Positions 31,459 through 42,233 are shown, numbered from the stretch's first letter. The stretch is 64,000 nucleotides of DNA from an uncultured delta proteobacterium (GCA_963729715.1 CAVSPA010000006.1:160001-224000); one strand, 5' to 3'. Program-made: numbers and translations. Notes: generated from the sequence alone by a model not told the origin.

Positions 31459-32045
31459 ATGCGAAAGAAGGCTATCATGGAATTCCGTGAACTCTTGAAG
31501 AATAGAAGGTCCATTCGTGATTATGAGGAGAAAGAGGTTTCACTGGTTACAGTCGCGGACATCATCAGAAGAGAATCATGTCTCGCCCCGAGTTCGGGCA
31601 ATGGTCAGTCCTGGCAGTTTGTCGTTATCAACCGGAAGGAGACCATGAAAAGGCTATCTGATGAGAGCAAGAAAACCCTCCTTTCTGATATTGCCCAAAA
31701 TCCCGACTCTCCCGCGAAGAAGTACGAAGATATTTTGCGAAACGAAGAATTTAACGTCTTCTACAATGCCCATGCCTGGTTTACATCATCGGTCCCCGTG
31801 ACTACCTGTCGCTCGATGTGAACTGCTCCCTCTTTGCCTGCTACTTCATACTCACTGCCGCAGCGCGTGGTTTGCGAACCTGCTGGATAGGTCTTGCAAC
31901 AAACGTGAGGAGTCCAGAACTCATGCGGGAAATAGGCATACCTAAGGGCTGCAGGATAGTGGCTCCCATCATCATCGGCTACCCAAAGAGCATACCGGAG
32001 CCTTCCGACAGAAATGCGCCCCGGATACTGAAAGTCGTCTCCTGA
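31459..32045 (+). pseudogene. Nitroreductase split by a 1-nt frameshift near 31770
   Basis: RRSIRDY, APSSGNGQSWQF, FYNA in one frame; CLVYIIG...AAARGL.TCWIG...IIIGYP in the next. Confidence 0.85.
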
Positions 32046-32153
32046 TACCTTCACGGGCAGATAGTTGTGACTGAAGGCCGAGGGTCTATCATCCGTGCGC
32101 GGTCTATCCGCCGAGGAGGACCTTCCGTGCCTCGGCATCCGATGTGCCGGGAA

Positions 32154-32348
32154 TTATTCTTTTGTCTTGACCTTGATAAGGATGCTTCTGCAGCATTCAG
32201 CGTTCTTGATCTCGAAACGGTCAGGTCTTTCCACAATCTGATACTGGCCGTTCGATTCAACCTCCAGGCTGTCCTTCGTCAAGCCGCCGTCCTTGGGGAT
32301 GAACATCGTTCGACCGATGGGAACCACACCTTCCTTTAATACTGCCAT
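32154..32348 (-). CDS. Small hypothetical protein (64 aa, CC motif)
   Basis: AGGAG RBS upstream of ATG; protein-like composition; no family recognised. Confidence 0.6.
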   Translation of the reverse strand: MAVLKEGVVPIGRTMFIPKDGGLTKDSLEVESNGQYQIVERPDRFEIKNAECCRSILIKVKTKE

Positions 32349-32420
32349 AATAAACTCCTAAATAAAAATTCTAAATTAAAGTTCAAATGCTGATTCAAAC
32401 AAACGTGGGTTATACATCAA

Positions 32421-32909
32421 CTATTTCAACCGTTCTTTGGATAGCACGACGTCATCGATCCAGACGGTTCCTTTTCCATTGATGACAAGGTTCAAGGTGA
32501 CTCTCTCAGGCTTCTGGCCCTTCTGAACCATGAACGGAGTCTGGATCGTTTTCCAGTTTGTCTTCTGGCTCACGGCATCATTCATCCCTCTGGAGAAAAA
32601 CTGCCCGCCTGCAACATTTACCCACATCTCCAAAAATGCGGCGCCATCAAGATCAGTCTTCACCTTGGCCTTGTATACGAGCGTCGCACCCTCCACGCCA
32701 AGACCGGTAACCTGCCCCATGCAGATTGTCGTCGGCCATTGGGTTGTGATCTTGATCGAAGCCCTGCCTTCAACCTTCACTTTGTTATCCGTCTGGATGG
32801 TCGTTCCGAGGGCAGACGCGTCGTCGAGACTCAACTTCTTTAAGTCTTGGGATCAAGCCGGGCCGGCTACTAATGCCAGCATAATTAAGACCAACAGAGT
32901 TCGTCTCAT
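32421..32909 (-). pseudogene. Secreted beta-sandwich-like protein with a nonsense codon at the end of the signal peptide
   Basis: AAGGAG RBS; MRRTLLVLIMLALVAGPA*(TGA 32853-32855)SQDLKKL continues in frame into the 32421..32834 ORF. Confidence 0.75.
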
Positions 32910-33168
32910 CTTATCTCCTTCCGCATAACGATTAATATACCAACTTGGCTTTGATAAACAATTTATCAGATATTCAACTTATTTCAATAATAATTGAAAA
33001 GCAAATATTAATGGAAATCAACATGGTATGGACGTTCTACTGCTTGTATATTGTGTCAACAGGAATAGAAAAACAAGCTGGTAATACGTGTATATACTGT
33101 CAATTGCTCATTCCTGAAAATAATGTTTGTTTCCCTTAAACGCACTTTATTAAATAACGAATTAATGT

Positions 33169-33198
33169 TTGACATCGGGGTCTTTCTTTACCTATAAT
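33169..33198 (+). promoter_or_regulatory. sigma70 promoter
   Basis: TTGACA-18 nt-TATAAT. Confidence 0.65.
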
Positions 33199-33316
33199 CA
33201 CAATTCCGGATCGGATGGCATCATACAGCGCCCCTCAATTCCTCACGGAGAGGGTTAGAGGTCAGGGCTGCTCAATCGCTAAGTAAAATGAAGATAAGGC
33301 TCAAAGATCATCCATC

Positions 33317-34522
33317 ATGAGGATAAAAAATTTAGATACGGGCAGGATAGGAATTATCGGGCCGGGGAGGCTCGGCACGTCCCTCGCGTATAAGTTCGGC
33401 AGGGATAATAAAAGGGTAACCCTCTATTATCATGATACCGACGTATGCCGTGCGATCAATACGGATCACCTCAATCCCAAACACCTTACCAAGGAACTTG
33501 CGCGCAGACTCGGTGGTATGGACAATGTACCCAGGTTATCTCCTACGGTCTATGCAACGAATGACCTGGAGCGCGTCGTTGACGATAACGATTTCATTTT
33601 TCTTACGATCACCATGAACAGGCTTCCGGAGTTTCTGGATTACCTGAAGCCGATGCTTGAAAAGAAAGCTGGAGACACGTGCCTTGTCACTCCGATCAAG
33701 GGTCTTATTTCCGATGAGATCACGAAGGAACTGATCACGCCATCGCAACTGATAAACAATAATCTGTTAAATTTGAAGGAAAAGTATGAAGTGGTATGTA
33801 TCGGCGGCCCCTTCTTTGATATGGATATCATGCTGGGGCACCCCGTATGCGTCACCGTGGCAGGGGAAAAAAATATAGCAAAGATAATAAGAGATGAGAT
33901 CATAAGGTTCAACCGCAGGGAATTCACGTCATTCTATAATTTTGATATTGTCGGGGTCGAGGCGTGCGGTGCTCTCAAAAACATTGTGGCAAACATCATG
34001 GGAGTCCTGCATTCTCTGGATCTTGGCGATTCAATCCCGGGCACCATATTTGCCAGGTCCGGCGTGGAGATACGCTCGCTCGCGAAATTGCTGGGAGGCG
34101 GTTTTCAGGCGTTTCACAGCCAGGCAGGAGTGGGAGATATGTATATAACCCTGTCATCCGTCGCCAGCAAGAATTACCGGTATGGAAAATTTTATTACGA
34201 ATTATATACGGGAAATCCCATTGAAACAAATATCAAGGTGCTTGAGAAGATCGATGGCACACCGGAAGGGCCGAATACCATAAGAAACGTAAATAAATAT
34301 CTGGAAAAGAAAAATATGTACAGCCCGCTTTTTCATTGCGCCTATAAGATATTTAATGAAGTGGGGCATAAGAAGGATATCAAAGAGCAGATCATCCAGG
34401 CGTGCCAATACGACAGAAGAACGAGAGAGTATATCGGGCCCGTATCGAGGGTGCTATATAAACTCTTTCCCAACTTGTGGTACCGAAGGCATAAAGGGCT
34501 GCTGTCGAACCTCGAAGTATAA
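33317..34522 (+). CDS. NAD(P)H-dependent glycerol-3-phosphate dehydrogenase-like protein (divergent GpsA)
   Basis: GPGRLG, KG, GVEACGALKN, AGVGD, PEG. Confidence 0.78.
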   Translation: MRIKNLDTGRIGIIGPGRLGTSLAYKFGRDNKRVTLYYHDTDVCRAINTDHLNPKHLTKELARRLGGMDNVPRLSPTVYATNDLERVVDDNDFIFLTITMNRLPEFLDYLKPMLEKKAGDTCLVTPIKGLISDEITKELITPSQLINNNLLNLKEKYEVVCIGGPFFDMDIMLGHPVCVTVAGEKNIAKIIRDEIIRFNRREFTSFYNFDIVGVEACGALKNIVANIMGVLHSLDLGDSIPGTIFARSGVEIRSLAKLLGGGFQAFHSQAGVGDMYITLSSVASKNYRYGKFYYELYTGNPIETNIKVLEKIDGTPEGPNTIRNVNKYLEKKNMYSPLFHCAYKIFNEVGHKKDIKEQIIQACQYDRRTREYIGPVSRVLYKLFPNLWYRRHKGLLSNLEV

Positions 34523-34608
34523 CTGGGAGTGTCTCTGGCATTGGTACGAGACAGGGATAATAGCAGGGCTTGGCAAAGCTCTCAATAAATACCAAAGGAG
34601 AACATGAT

Positions 34609-35970
34609 ATGGAACAGGTCAAGGTAGTATTGAACGACAACGAGATACCGAAGCAATGGTACAACATCCAGGCAGACTTGCCGACTCCCATGAAGCCTCC
34701 GCTTCATCCGGGGACGGGGAAACCTGTCGGGCCTGATGATCTATCCCCTGTCTTCCCCATGAATCTCATAGAACAGGAAGTCAGCCAGCAGCGCTGGATT
34801 GACATTCCCGAACCTGTTCTGGAGAAATATCTCTTATGGCGACCGACGCCACTTTACCGGGCCTTTAATTTTGAGAAACTCCTCGGCGCTCCTGTGAAGA
34901 TATACTACAAGAATGAAGGCGTCAGCCCTGCCGGTTCGCATAAGCCGAATACAGCCATTGCCCAAGCCTACTACAATAAGATTTTTGGAATTAAGCGGCT
35001 CGCCACCGAAACCGGGGCAGGGCAGTGGGGAAGCGCGCTGGCCATGTCATGCAAGATGTTCGATCTTGAATGCAGGGTATATATGGTGAGGGTCAGCTAC
35101 GAGCAGAAGCCTTACCGTCGCATGATGATGAATACGTGGGGAGCAGAATGCATCCCCAGTCCGAGCACCATGACAAACGCAGGAAAGCAAGTGTTGGCGG
35201 AACACCCGGATTCGCCGGGCAGCCTTGGTATTGCCATCAGTGAAGCTGTTGAAGATGCCGTCACCCATAAAGACTCGCGCTATTCCCTCGGGAGTGTTCT
35301 GAATCACGTCCTCTTACACCAGACCATCATAGGCCTGGAGGCGCAGAAGCAGATGAAAAAGATAGGCGTATATCCTGATGTCGTGATAGGCTGTGCAGGC
35401 GGAGGAAGCAATTTTGCCGGTATAGCCCTTCCATACACGAGAGATAAGATTCATGGCAAGAAAGTCCAGATCATCGCCGCGGAACCGACATCATGCCCGA
35501 CCATGACCAAAGGACCATTTGCCTATGACTTCGGTGACCTTGCCAAAATGACGCCCCTCCTTCCCATGCATACCTTGGGACACGACTTTGTGCCTGCGCC
35601 CATACACGCAGGAGGATTGCGCTATCACGGCATGGCCCCCATCGTCAGCCACCTCGTCAATGAAAAATTGGTTGAGGCGAGGGCATATAACCAAATGGAG
35701 ACCTTTGATGCGGGCGTGAAGTGGGCCCGGACCGAAGGTTTTATACCGGCGCCGGAAACGAATCACGCCATTGCCGCCGTGGTGGATGTGGCCATGAAAG
35801 CGAAACAGGAAGGCAAGGAGAAAATCATCCTATTCGATTGGAGCGGCCACGGCCTAGTTGACCTTGCCGCTTATGACGCCTATTTCGCGGGAAAGCTTGA
35901 GGCCTATGAGCTGCCGGATGATGAGATACGGAGAGCATTGAAGGCCATTGAGGGACTGCCGAAGCCATAA
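34609..35970 (+). CDS. trpB2: Stand-alone TrpB2 (tryptophan synthase beta-like, PLP)
   Basis: [43 protein letters not shown]. Confidence 0.95.
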   Translation: MEQVKVVLNDNEIPKQWYNIQADLPTPMKPPLHPGTGKPVGPDDLSPVFPMNLIEQEVSQQRWIDIPEPVLEKYLLWRPTPLYRAFNFEKLLGAPVKIYYKNEGVSPAGSHKPNTAIAQAYYNKIFGIKRLATETGAGQWGSALAMSCKMFDLECRVYMVRVSYEQKPYRRMMMNTWGAECIPSPSTMTNAGKQVLAEHPDSPGSLGIAISEAVEDAVTHKDSRYSLGSVLNHVLLHQTIIGLEAQKQMKKIGVYPDVVIGCAGGGSNFAGIALPYTRDKIHGKKVQIIAAEPTSCPTMTKGPFAYDFGDLAKMTPLLPMHTLGHDFVPAPIHAGGLRYHGMAPIVSHLVNEKLVEARAYNQMETFDAGVKWARTEGFIPAPETNHAIAAVVDVAMKAKQEGKEKIILFDWSGHGLVDLAAYDAYFAGKLEAYELPDDEIRRALKAIEGLPKP

Positions 35971-35995
35971 ATAAATATAGCCTTCCATAAACGCT

Positions 35996-36045
35996 TAAGC
36001 CGTCAGGGGAAAAACAAGATTCCCCTTGACGGCTTATTTGTTTTT
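35996..36045 (+). terminator. Intrinsic terminator after trpB2
   Basis: TAAGCCGTCAGGGGA...TCCCCTTGACGGCTTA followed by TTTGTTTTT. Confidence 0.85.
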
Positions 36046-36064
36046 AGACATGGTATGGGCATTC

Positions 36065-36183
36065 CTCAATTCTGTAGCGAGCGCAGTCCCCGCAGCCTGC
36101 TGCGGGGTAAGCGAGCGACTGACGAACGAAAACTGTTCCTTAAGAATCGAAGATTCTCCGCAGCTTGCTACGGAGAGCTTCAA
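36065..36183 (+). mobile_element. Non-autonomous IS200/IS605-type palindromic element, copy 2
   Basis: Hairpins CCCCGCAGCCTGCTGCGGGG and CTCCGCAGCTTGCTACGGAG, ending TTCAA; similar to 26161-26278. Confidence 0.7.
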
Positions 36184-36213
36184 GTGGCATTATTAATACA
36201 GCGAGCTGATATC

Positions 36214-36483
36214 GTGGATAAGTATGACCAATTAGAACTCAGGTGTGCACGGCTTGGGGGTGAGGTCAAGTTCTCATACTGCCGGAAGGAGGGCGGGAAC
36301 CTGCCGTGCCTTCGTGTCATCAATTGCTGGTATCCCTTTTTCCCCATAGAACAGTATCTGAGAGAGACCATGACTGAAGAGTCATGGAACGCTTTTGTCG
36401 GTCAGATGCCTAAAGACAAAATCACTACGCTTATCGAACTCGTTGAGGCGGCGAAAAAAAGTGCTCAAATCAAAGATGAATGA
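36214..36483 (+). CDS. Small four-Cys hypothetical protein
   Basis: RCARLGGEVKFSYCR...LPC...CW; ATGA coupling to rarA; GTG start inferred. Confidence 0.7.
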   Translation: MDKYDQLELRCARLGGEVKFSYCRKEGGNLPCLRVINCWYPFFPIEQYLRETMTEESWNAFVGQMPKDKITTLIELVEAAKKSAQIKDE

Positions 36484-37844
36484 CTATTATGGATCTCTTT
36501 GATCAGAAAGATACCGACATCGATCTTAGTCCTCTGGCAGACAAAGTGCGCCCCCGGGCTCTTGACGAATTCATCGGGCAGTCACACCTCCTGGGCCCAG
36601 GCAGCCTGCTTCGGCGCGCCATTGAAGAAGACAGGCTTTTCTCGATGATCTTCTGGGGACCGCCCGGCTCCGGAAAGACCACCCTGGCCCGCGTCATTGC
36701 CCATGAAACAAAATCCCATTTTGTGAGCTTCTCTGCGGTTCTTTCGGGCGTTAAAGAGATCAGGTCTGTTGTTGATGAGGCGCAATCTCAATGGCGCTAC
36801 CACCGTAAGAAGACGATCCTCTTTGTAGATGAAATCCACAGATTCAACAAGGCACAGCAGGACGCCTTCTTGCCCCATGTCGAAAAAGGCCTTATTACAC
36901 TCATTGGTGCGACTACGGAGAATCCCTCTTTTGAAGTAATCTCGCCGCTGCTATCCAGGACGCGGGTCATGCTGCTCAAGCCTTATTCGAACAGCGAACT
37001 GGCGGTTATTATCAACCGGGCCGTGCATGACAAAGAAAAAGGCTTCGGAGACCTTGCTCTTGAGATAGAGCCGGATGCCATTGAGCATATCATATGGTCA
37101 GCCGACGGAGACGCGCGCATGGCCTTAAACAACCTCGAGGCAGCAGCGTCTCTCCTGCGGAATGAGCAGATAGGCGCAAGAAAAATTACGCGCGCCGTAG
37201 TGGAGGAAGCCCTCCAGAAGAAGGCGTTGCAGTATGACAAGGGAGGGGAGGAACACTACAATCTCATCTCGGCGTTTCACAAGAGCCTTCGCGGCAGTGA
37301 CCCTGACGCCGCCCTCTACTGGTTGGGCCGCATGCTTGCCGCCGGCGAAGACCCTCTCTACATAGCCAGGCGCATGGTGAGATTCGCTTCCGAGGACGTT
37401 GGCAACGCCGATCCTGCAGCCTTGGGGATATCGGTTTCGGCCATGCAGGCGTTTCATTTTATCGGTCTCCCTGAAGGGGAACTCGCCCTGGCCCAGGCCG
37501 CCGTTTACCTTGCTACTGCTCCCAAGAGCAATTCACTTTATGTGGCTTACGGCAAGGTCAAAGAAAGGATAAGTGAAACCGGCACCCTCGCCGTGCCGCT
37601 TCATATAAGGAATGCTCCGACACGGTTGATGAAAGATCTTGGCTATGGCAAGGGGTATCAGTATGCCCATGAATTTGAGGATGCCTATGTTCCCCAAGAC
37701 TATCTGCCGGACGAACTCATGGGAGAGGTATATTACAGGCCTACGGCAAGGGGACATGAGAAGGTCATCAAAGATAGAATCGAGAAGTGGCGAAAGCTGC
37801 GAGAATCGACGCATGAACGAGGCAAAAAAAAGGGGGAGACGTGA
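36480..37844 (+). CDS. rarA: Replication-associated recombination AAA+ ATPase
   Basis: WGPPGSGKTT, DEIHRFNKAQQD, ATTENPSF, SAFHKSLRGSD, ASEDVG. Confidence 0.97.
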   Translation: MTIMDLFDQKDTDIDLSPLADKVRPRALDEFIGQSHLLGPGSLLRRAIEEDRLFSMIFWGPPGSGKTTLARVIAHETKSHFVSFSAVLSGVKEIRSVVDEAQSQWRYHRKKTILFVDEIHRFNKAQQDAFLPHVEKGLITLIGATTENPSFEVISPLLSRTRVMLLKPYSNSELAVIINRAVHDKEKGFGDLALEIEPDAIEHIIWSADGDARMALNNLEAAASLLRNEQIGARKITRAVVEEALQKKALQYDKGGEEHYNLISAFHKSLRGSDPDAALYWLGRMLAAGEDPLYIARRMVRFASEDVGNADPAALGISVSAMQAFHFIGLPEGELALAQAAVYLATAPKSNSLYVAYGKVKERISETGTLAVPLHIRNAPTRLMKDLGYGKGYQYAHEFEDAYVPQDYLPDELMGEVYYRPTARGHEKVIKDRIEKWRKLRESTHERGKKKGET

Positions 37845-37853
37845 TGTCTCCCC
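37824..37853 (-). terminator. Minus-strand intrinsic terminator
   Basis: Minus strand GGGGAGAC-ATCAC-GTCTCCCC-C-T8. Confidence 0.75.
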
Positions 37854-37950
37854 AAGGTCAGGAGGAGTGAAGGTGTTCACCTTCTTAGTTTTGGAGTTTA
37901 CTACCGGCCAATCATGCCCGTTTATTAACCGATAATTAACTTGTTGTTAT
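37824..37950 (-). ncRNA. Candidate sigma54-dependent small RNA
   Basis: Lies between a minus-strand -24/-12 promoter and a minus-strand intrinsic terminator; no meaningful ORF; contains ACUCCUCCU. Confidence 0.55.
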
Positions 37951-37960
37951 GCTTTCAGAA

Positions 37961-37976
37961 TGCATATGTCATGCCA
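37961..37976 (-). promoter_or_regulatory. sigma54 -24/-12 promoter
   Basis: Minus strand TGGCATGACATATGCA with exact GG-N10-GC spacing. Confidence 0.65.
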
Positions 37977-38066
37977 TGATCTTGTAAGTTTATATAAGTT
38001 GTTTATATCACAGCACTAATGAGAGTATATCTGAGGCAAATGGCATGTATGCCGTGGGAAAGGAAG

Positions 38067-38171
38067 GGCAATAAATGTCGATGCGGAATAACGGTAAATA
38101 TTTATAGTGCTTGAAAAAACAAGTAGTTAAGGGATAAACGTCAATTGTTTTTGGGATCGACATAATTGTCG
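38067..38171. promoter_or_regulatory. Putative enhancer-binding-protein sites
   Basis: Perfect dyad CGACA-TAAT-TGTCG 38158-38171 and partial GGCAA-TAAA-TGTCG 38067-38080. Confidence 0.45.
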
Positions 38172-38337
38172 GATTTTATTTTTCCAGAAAAAAGAAGTCA
38201 TTGACTTTTAATTCTGATGAAATATGATGGCATGCACTCCAAAAGACAGCAGAAATGCCGCATCCCTTCGGTGAATACGAATTGGGTATTTCGAGATAAA
38301 GAAGAATATAAATAATAACTTGCATAGGCATTCGCAG

Positions 38338-40128
38338 ATGAAGACGCAGAATAAAGTTATATGGCAGCAGCACCGCACTCCCGACTATGGCCGACGTTTT
38401 TTGCAGCCCATCGCTGTTACGATTGTCTGCAGCGTTTTCATCTGTCTTATCTTGATCATGGGGATCATGGACATCCGGCGAAGTGACAGGAGCCTCATGG
38501 GCTTCATGGAGAGCCAGGGCCTGGCCATAATCGGTGTCGTCGAGAGGCTCGCCCAGGAAAACCTCAATGCGCTGATTCAGGCGTATCAGAGGGATAGCGG
38601 CGGTACCTTTGCTCCCCCTGTTGATGAGGCCTTATTACCGCAGAAGTCACTGACCGCTGCGCTTGTGGATATGGGACGCGAAATTGATAATCAATGGAAG
38701 GCAAATCACCTGAGCGATGAATATCTGAGGAAATTTGCAGAAGAGAAGGGGCTGTGGTTTGTTGCCGTCTTGGATAGAAGGGGAAAGGTCGTCTACCAGA
38801 ACAGGGCTCTCCATGCGGATCTTACTGATGGGGATGCGAACAGGGTTTTGGGAAGAGATGCCATCACTATTGATCTTTTCTCACGACTCGGCAAGGACAA
38901 GAAGATCGGGTTTGTGGCACTACGGCGCACAGATGGCAGTGGGACAGTCATCATCGCTCTGGATCGCGACGGGCAGCGATATTGGGGCATTAAGGTATCG
39001 GTGGAAAAGGCCCTGGAAAGATTGGGACAGGGACAGGGTTTGGTCTATATTAAGGTCATGGATCAGCGAGACATGATCCTGGGCAGTTCTGGGCAAGCAC
39101 CTGATACAGAGGAACAAGGCAAGATGCGTATCGATGAAATCCTTGCCGGCACAAAAAAATTTGAAAGCAAAAAGATTGTCTCCCACGGCAAAAAAATCCT
39201 GGAGATGGCTGCACCCATATACCTGTTTGGCAGGGTGGCAGGGGTTGCTAGGCTTGGTCTTGATAGCGAGGGAACGGATGAAATTCTTGCTGAGAACAAG
39301 CGTAATATGATCTTCTTTATGTCATCGGTTATTCTAATTACGCTTTTGGCAATGTGGATACTCTATCACAATCAGAATAGGCATCTGGCGGGGATCGTCG
39401 AGATGGAAAGGCAGCTCGAAAAAGCCGAGAGACTGTCTGCCCTTGGGCAGCTCGCCGCAGGCGTCGCGCACGAGATTCGCAATCCACTTAATGCCATAAG
39501 TATGGCCAGTCAGAGACTTAAGCGGGAGTTTATGCCGGCAGATGACGACAAGATCAAGGAGTTCCAGACACTAGCCAGTGTTATTCGCGACGAAATCAGA
39601 CGTCTGGATGGGATTATCGAGGAGTTTCTGACATTCTCAAAGAGCCGGCGTTTGGAGCTGCACGACTACCCCGTTGCCGAGGTTCTTCAGAAGATTGTCA
39701 ATCTCATCCAGGAAGAGGCGAAATTGAAAGGTATCACTCTGGAAACCTTGTACAAAGGCAACCATGCAATCATCCCTATGGATGTGGATAAACTTCAGCA
39801 GGCCATTTTTAATTTCGTGAAGAATGCCATGGAATCTATTTCCGGCGAAGGTACTGTCCGTATTCTTGTTGATTCGAGCGGAAAGGACCGGGTCATAGTA
39901 AAAATTTCCGATAATGGGTGCGGTGTGGAACCTGAAGATATAGAGCGCATTTTCAATCCTGAATATACGACGAAGGAAAAGGGTCTGGGGCTCGGGCTTC
40001 CCCTTGCACATGAGATCATCCGCGGCCATGGGGGGGAGATTCGTGTTCTGAGTCAGCCGGGTTTAGGGACGACCTTCGAGATATCATTGCCTGCGGGAAG
40101 GGTGGGGGAAAAGAATGGCACGGTCTAA
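38338..40128 (+). CDS. Membrane sensor histidine kinase (NtrB/ZraS-like)
   Basis: Two TMs; AHEIRNPL, KNAMES, DNGCG, TTKEKGLGLGL. Confidence 0.95.
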   Translation: MKTQNKVIWQQHRTPDYGRRFLQPIAVTIVCSVFICLILIMGIMDIRRSDRSLMGFMESQGLAIIGVVERLAQENLNALIQAYQRDSGGTFAPPVDEALLPQKSLTAALVDMGREIDNQWKANHLSDEYLRKFAEEKGLWFVAVLDRRGKVVYQNRALHADLTDGDANRVLGRDAITIDLFSRLGKDKKIGFVALRRTDGSGTVIIALDRDGQRYWGIKVSVEKALERLGQGQGLVYIKVMDQRDMILGSSGQAPDTEEQGKMRIDEILAGTKKFESKKIVSHGKKILEMAAPIYLFGRVAGVARLGLDSEGTDEILAENKRNMIFFMSSVILITLLAMWILYHNQNRHLAGIVEMERQLEKAERLSALGQLAAGVAHEIRNPLNAISMASQRLKREFMPADDDKIKEFQTLASVIRDEIRRLDGIIEEFLTFSKSRRLELHDYPVAEVLQKIVNLIQEEAKLKGITLETLYKGNHAIIPMDVDKLQQAIFNFVKNAMESISGEGTVRILVDSSGKDRVIVKISDNGCGVEPEDIERIFNPEYTTKEKGLGLGLPLAHEIIRGHGGEIRVLSQPGLGTTFEISLPAGRVGEKNGTV

Positions 40129-40140
40129 AGGAATTCAGGC

Positions 40141-41505
40141 ATGAAGAAGTTAAACATACTCGTGGTTGAGGATGGCCAGTCCCAGCGAGAGATGCTCCGA
40201 GATTTTCTCGTTAGAGAAGGGCATGCGGTAGCGGAGGCTGAGAATGGAGACACCGCCATCCAGTCTGTTTTAAAGGGTCATTTTGACATGATCCTCCTGG
40301 ATTACAAGATGCCGGGTATGGATGGCATGCAGGTTCTCAAAGAGGTGAAGAAAATCAATCCGGAAATCGATGTGATTATCATTACTGCTTACGGAACGAT
40401 AGAAACGGCAGTGGACGCCATGAAGGCCGGCGCCATAGACTATATTACAAAACCTGTTGAATTCGATGAACTCCTTATCCATGTGGATCGAGTATCAGAG
40501 CGGCGCACCCTGATCCGGGAAAATGAGGTTCTCCGTCAGGAACTCTCTGAGAAGGGCGTCACCATGGACAAGATCATTTATCAGAGCCATAAAATGGATG
40601 TCCTGATCAATATGGCCAGCAGGATCGCAGTGAGCCGCGCCACTGTTCTTATCAAGGGAGAAAGCGGAACGGGCAAGGAATTGCTTGCCAGGTTGATCCA
40701 CAATCTCAGCCCCCGTTCAGCAAAAGTGATCAGTGTGGTAAACTGCAGCGCACTTCCGGAGAGCCTCTTGGAAAGCGAACTATTCGGTCATGAGAAAGGG
40801 GCCTTCACCGGTGCAACGGCAAGGAGGATTGGCAGATTTGAGGAGGCCGACGGCGGGACCCTGTTCTTGGACGAGATTGGCGATATTACCGCCTCCGTCC
40901 AGGTAAAACTGCTGCGCTTCCTGCAGGAGCGCGAATTCCAGCGTGTGGGCGGCAATCAAACTATCCACTCTGATGTGCGGATTATCAGCGCAACGAATCG
41001 CGATCTGGAATCCAAGGTCAAAGACGGAACATTCAGGGAAGACCTATTCTACAGGTTGAATGTGGTTGTCATGGACATGCCACCGCTAAGAGAGAGAAAG
41101 GAAGACGTGCCCCTGCTCATAGATCACTTCCTGAAACGCTTTGCTGCGGATAACGGTAAAAACGTAACGGGCATAACCAGCGAGGCCAGGGACCTGCTCC
41201 TGAAATATGATTATCCGGGCAATGTCAGGGAACTGGAAAATATCATCGAACGTGCTGTCGTGATATCCCGAAATTCTGTCATCTCCGTAGATGATCTTCC
41301 ATTTGACGAAGACAGGATCCATCCGGAAAACGCAGGGAAAAAAGGAGAGGGTTTGCTGCGGGAATCGATTGAAGAAATGGAACGCAAATTGATTCTCGAG
41401 GCCATGGAGAAGTCAGGTGATCATCAGACAAAGGCCGCTGAAATCCTCGGTATCAGCGAACGCATGCTGCGATACAAACTTAAAAAATACGGCCTGAAGG
41501 AATGA
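40141..41505 (+). CDS. sigma54-dependent response regulator (NtrC/ZraR/AtoC family)
   Basis: REC domain, [28 protein letters not shown], Fis-type HTH. Confidence 0.97.
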   Translation: MKKLNILVVEDGQSQREMLRDFLVREGHAVAEAENGDTAIQSVLKGHFDMILLDYKMPGMDGMQVLKEVKKINPEIDVIIITAYGTIETAVDAMKAGAIDYITKPVEFDELLIHVDRVSERRTLIRENEVLRQELSEKGVTMDKIIYQSHKMDVLINMASRIAVSRATVLIKGESGTGKELLARLIHNLSPRSAKVISVVNCSALPESLLESELFGHEKGAFTGATARRIGRFEEADGGTLFLDEIGDITASVQVKLLRFLQEREFQRVGGNQTIHSDVRIISATNRDLESKVKDGTFREDLFYRLNVVVMDMPPLRERKEDVPLLIDHFLKRFAADNGKNVTGITSEARDLLLKYDYPGNVRELENIIERAVVISRNSVISVDDLPFDEDRIHPENAGKKGEGLLRESIEEMERKLILEAMEKSGDHQTKAAEILGISERMLRYKLKKYGLKE

Positions 41506-41564
41506 CGATCTCTTAAAGGCTTCGCATCGTCATTGCGAGGCACGAAGAATCGCGGCACTTATCC

Positions 41565-42233
41565 TCAAAGAGTATATTTGACCAAAGCTTGCCTTAATCC
41601 GCGCTTGATATGGGCGTATGTTCTGCGGTCTTTTTTGGCCAGCTCTATTGCCAGCGCCATTGCCTTATCATAAAGTGTTTCCTCGGGGTACACAGCCGAG
41701 ACGATCTTCATGGCCAGCGCCTCCTTGCCCCCTACGCGCTTCCCCGTGAGCACGAGTTCATTCAGAGCGTAATGGTCTGGCAGCAACCGAAGGATTTCAT
41801 ACATGATCGGGCTGAAGAGAATCTTGATGTCCACTTCAGGAAAGCAAAAGAAACCCTTGTCTTCCCTCATGAGGCGGAAATCCAGCGTTGTGGCGAGAAT
41901 GGCCCCGCCTGCATAGACATGACCGGTTAGACACCCGATCGTAGGCATGGGAAGCAGGGATAATCTTAGAAATAATTCGTCAAGAATCTCTACGAATTTC
42001 GGAAAATAATCGTGCGGCTGCTTAAGGAGCCAATCCAGATTGATACCATTACACCAGAATTTCGGATCACTGCTCGTCAAAATCAAGGCAGAATTTTCTG
42101 CAGAGGCTTCGAGTTCATCAAATATTTCATGATACTCGCCGACCACATCTTCGCTGAGGGTATTGGCATTGGCGCCGTTGGTCAGGGTCAGGACATAAAC
42201 GGCTCCCTCTTTCGTTAGCTCCATAGTAGGCAT
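41565..42233 (-). CDS. Enoyl-CoA hydratase/isomerase family (short, delta-isomerase-like)
   Basis: KFWCNGINL, GHVYAGG, FPEVDI. Confidence 0.88.
   Translation of the reverse strand: MPTMELTKEGAVYVLTLTNGANANTLSEDVVGEYHEIFDELEASAENSALILTSSDPKFWCNGINLDWLLKQPHDYFPKFVEILDELFLRLSLLPMPTIGCLTGHVYAGGAILATTLDFRLMREDKGFFCFPEVDIKILFSPIMYEILRLLPDHYALNELVLTGKRVGGKEALAMKIVSAVYPEETLYDKAMALAIELAKKDRRTYAHIKRGLRQALVKYTL

Noticed and set aside
32853..32855. In-frame TGA as selenocysteine
   Set aside because: Lies at the signal-peptide cleavage region (GPA*S) with no redox motif; a Trp-to-stop mutation is simpler
36055..36213. N-terminal part of the 142-aa ORF
   Set aside because: It is a translation of the palindromic mobile element
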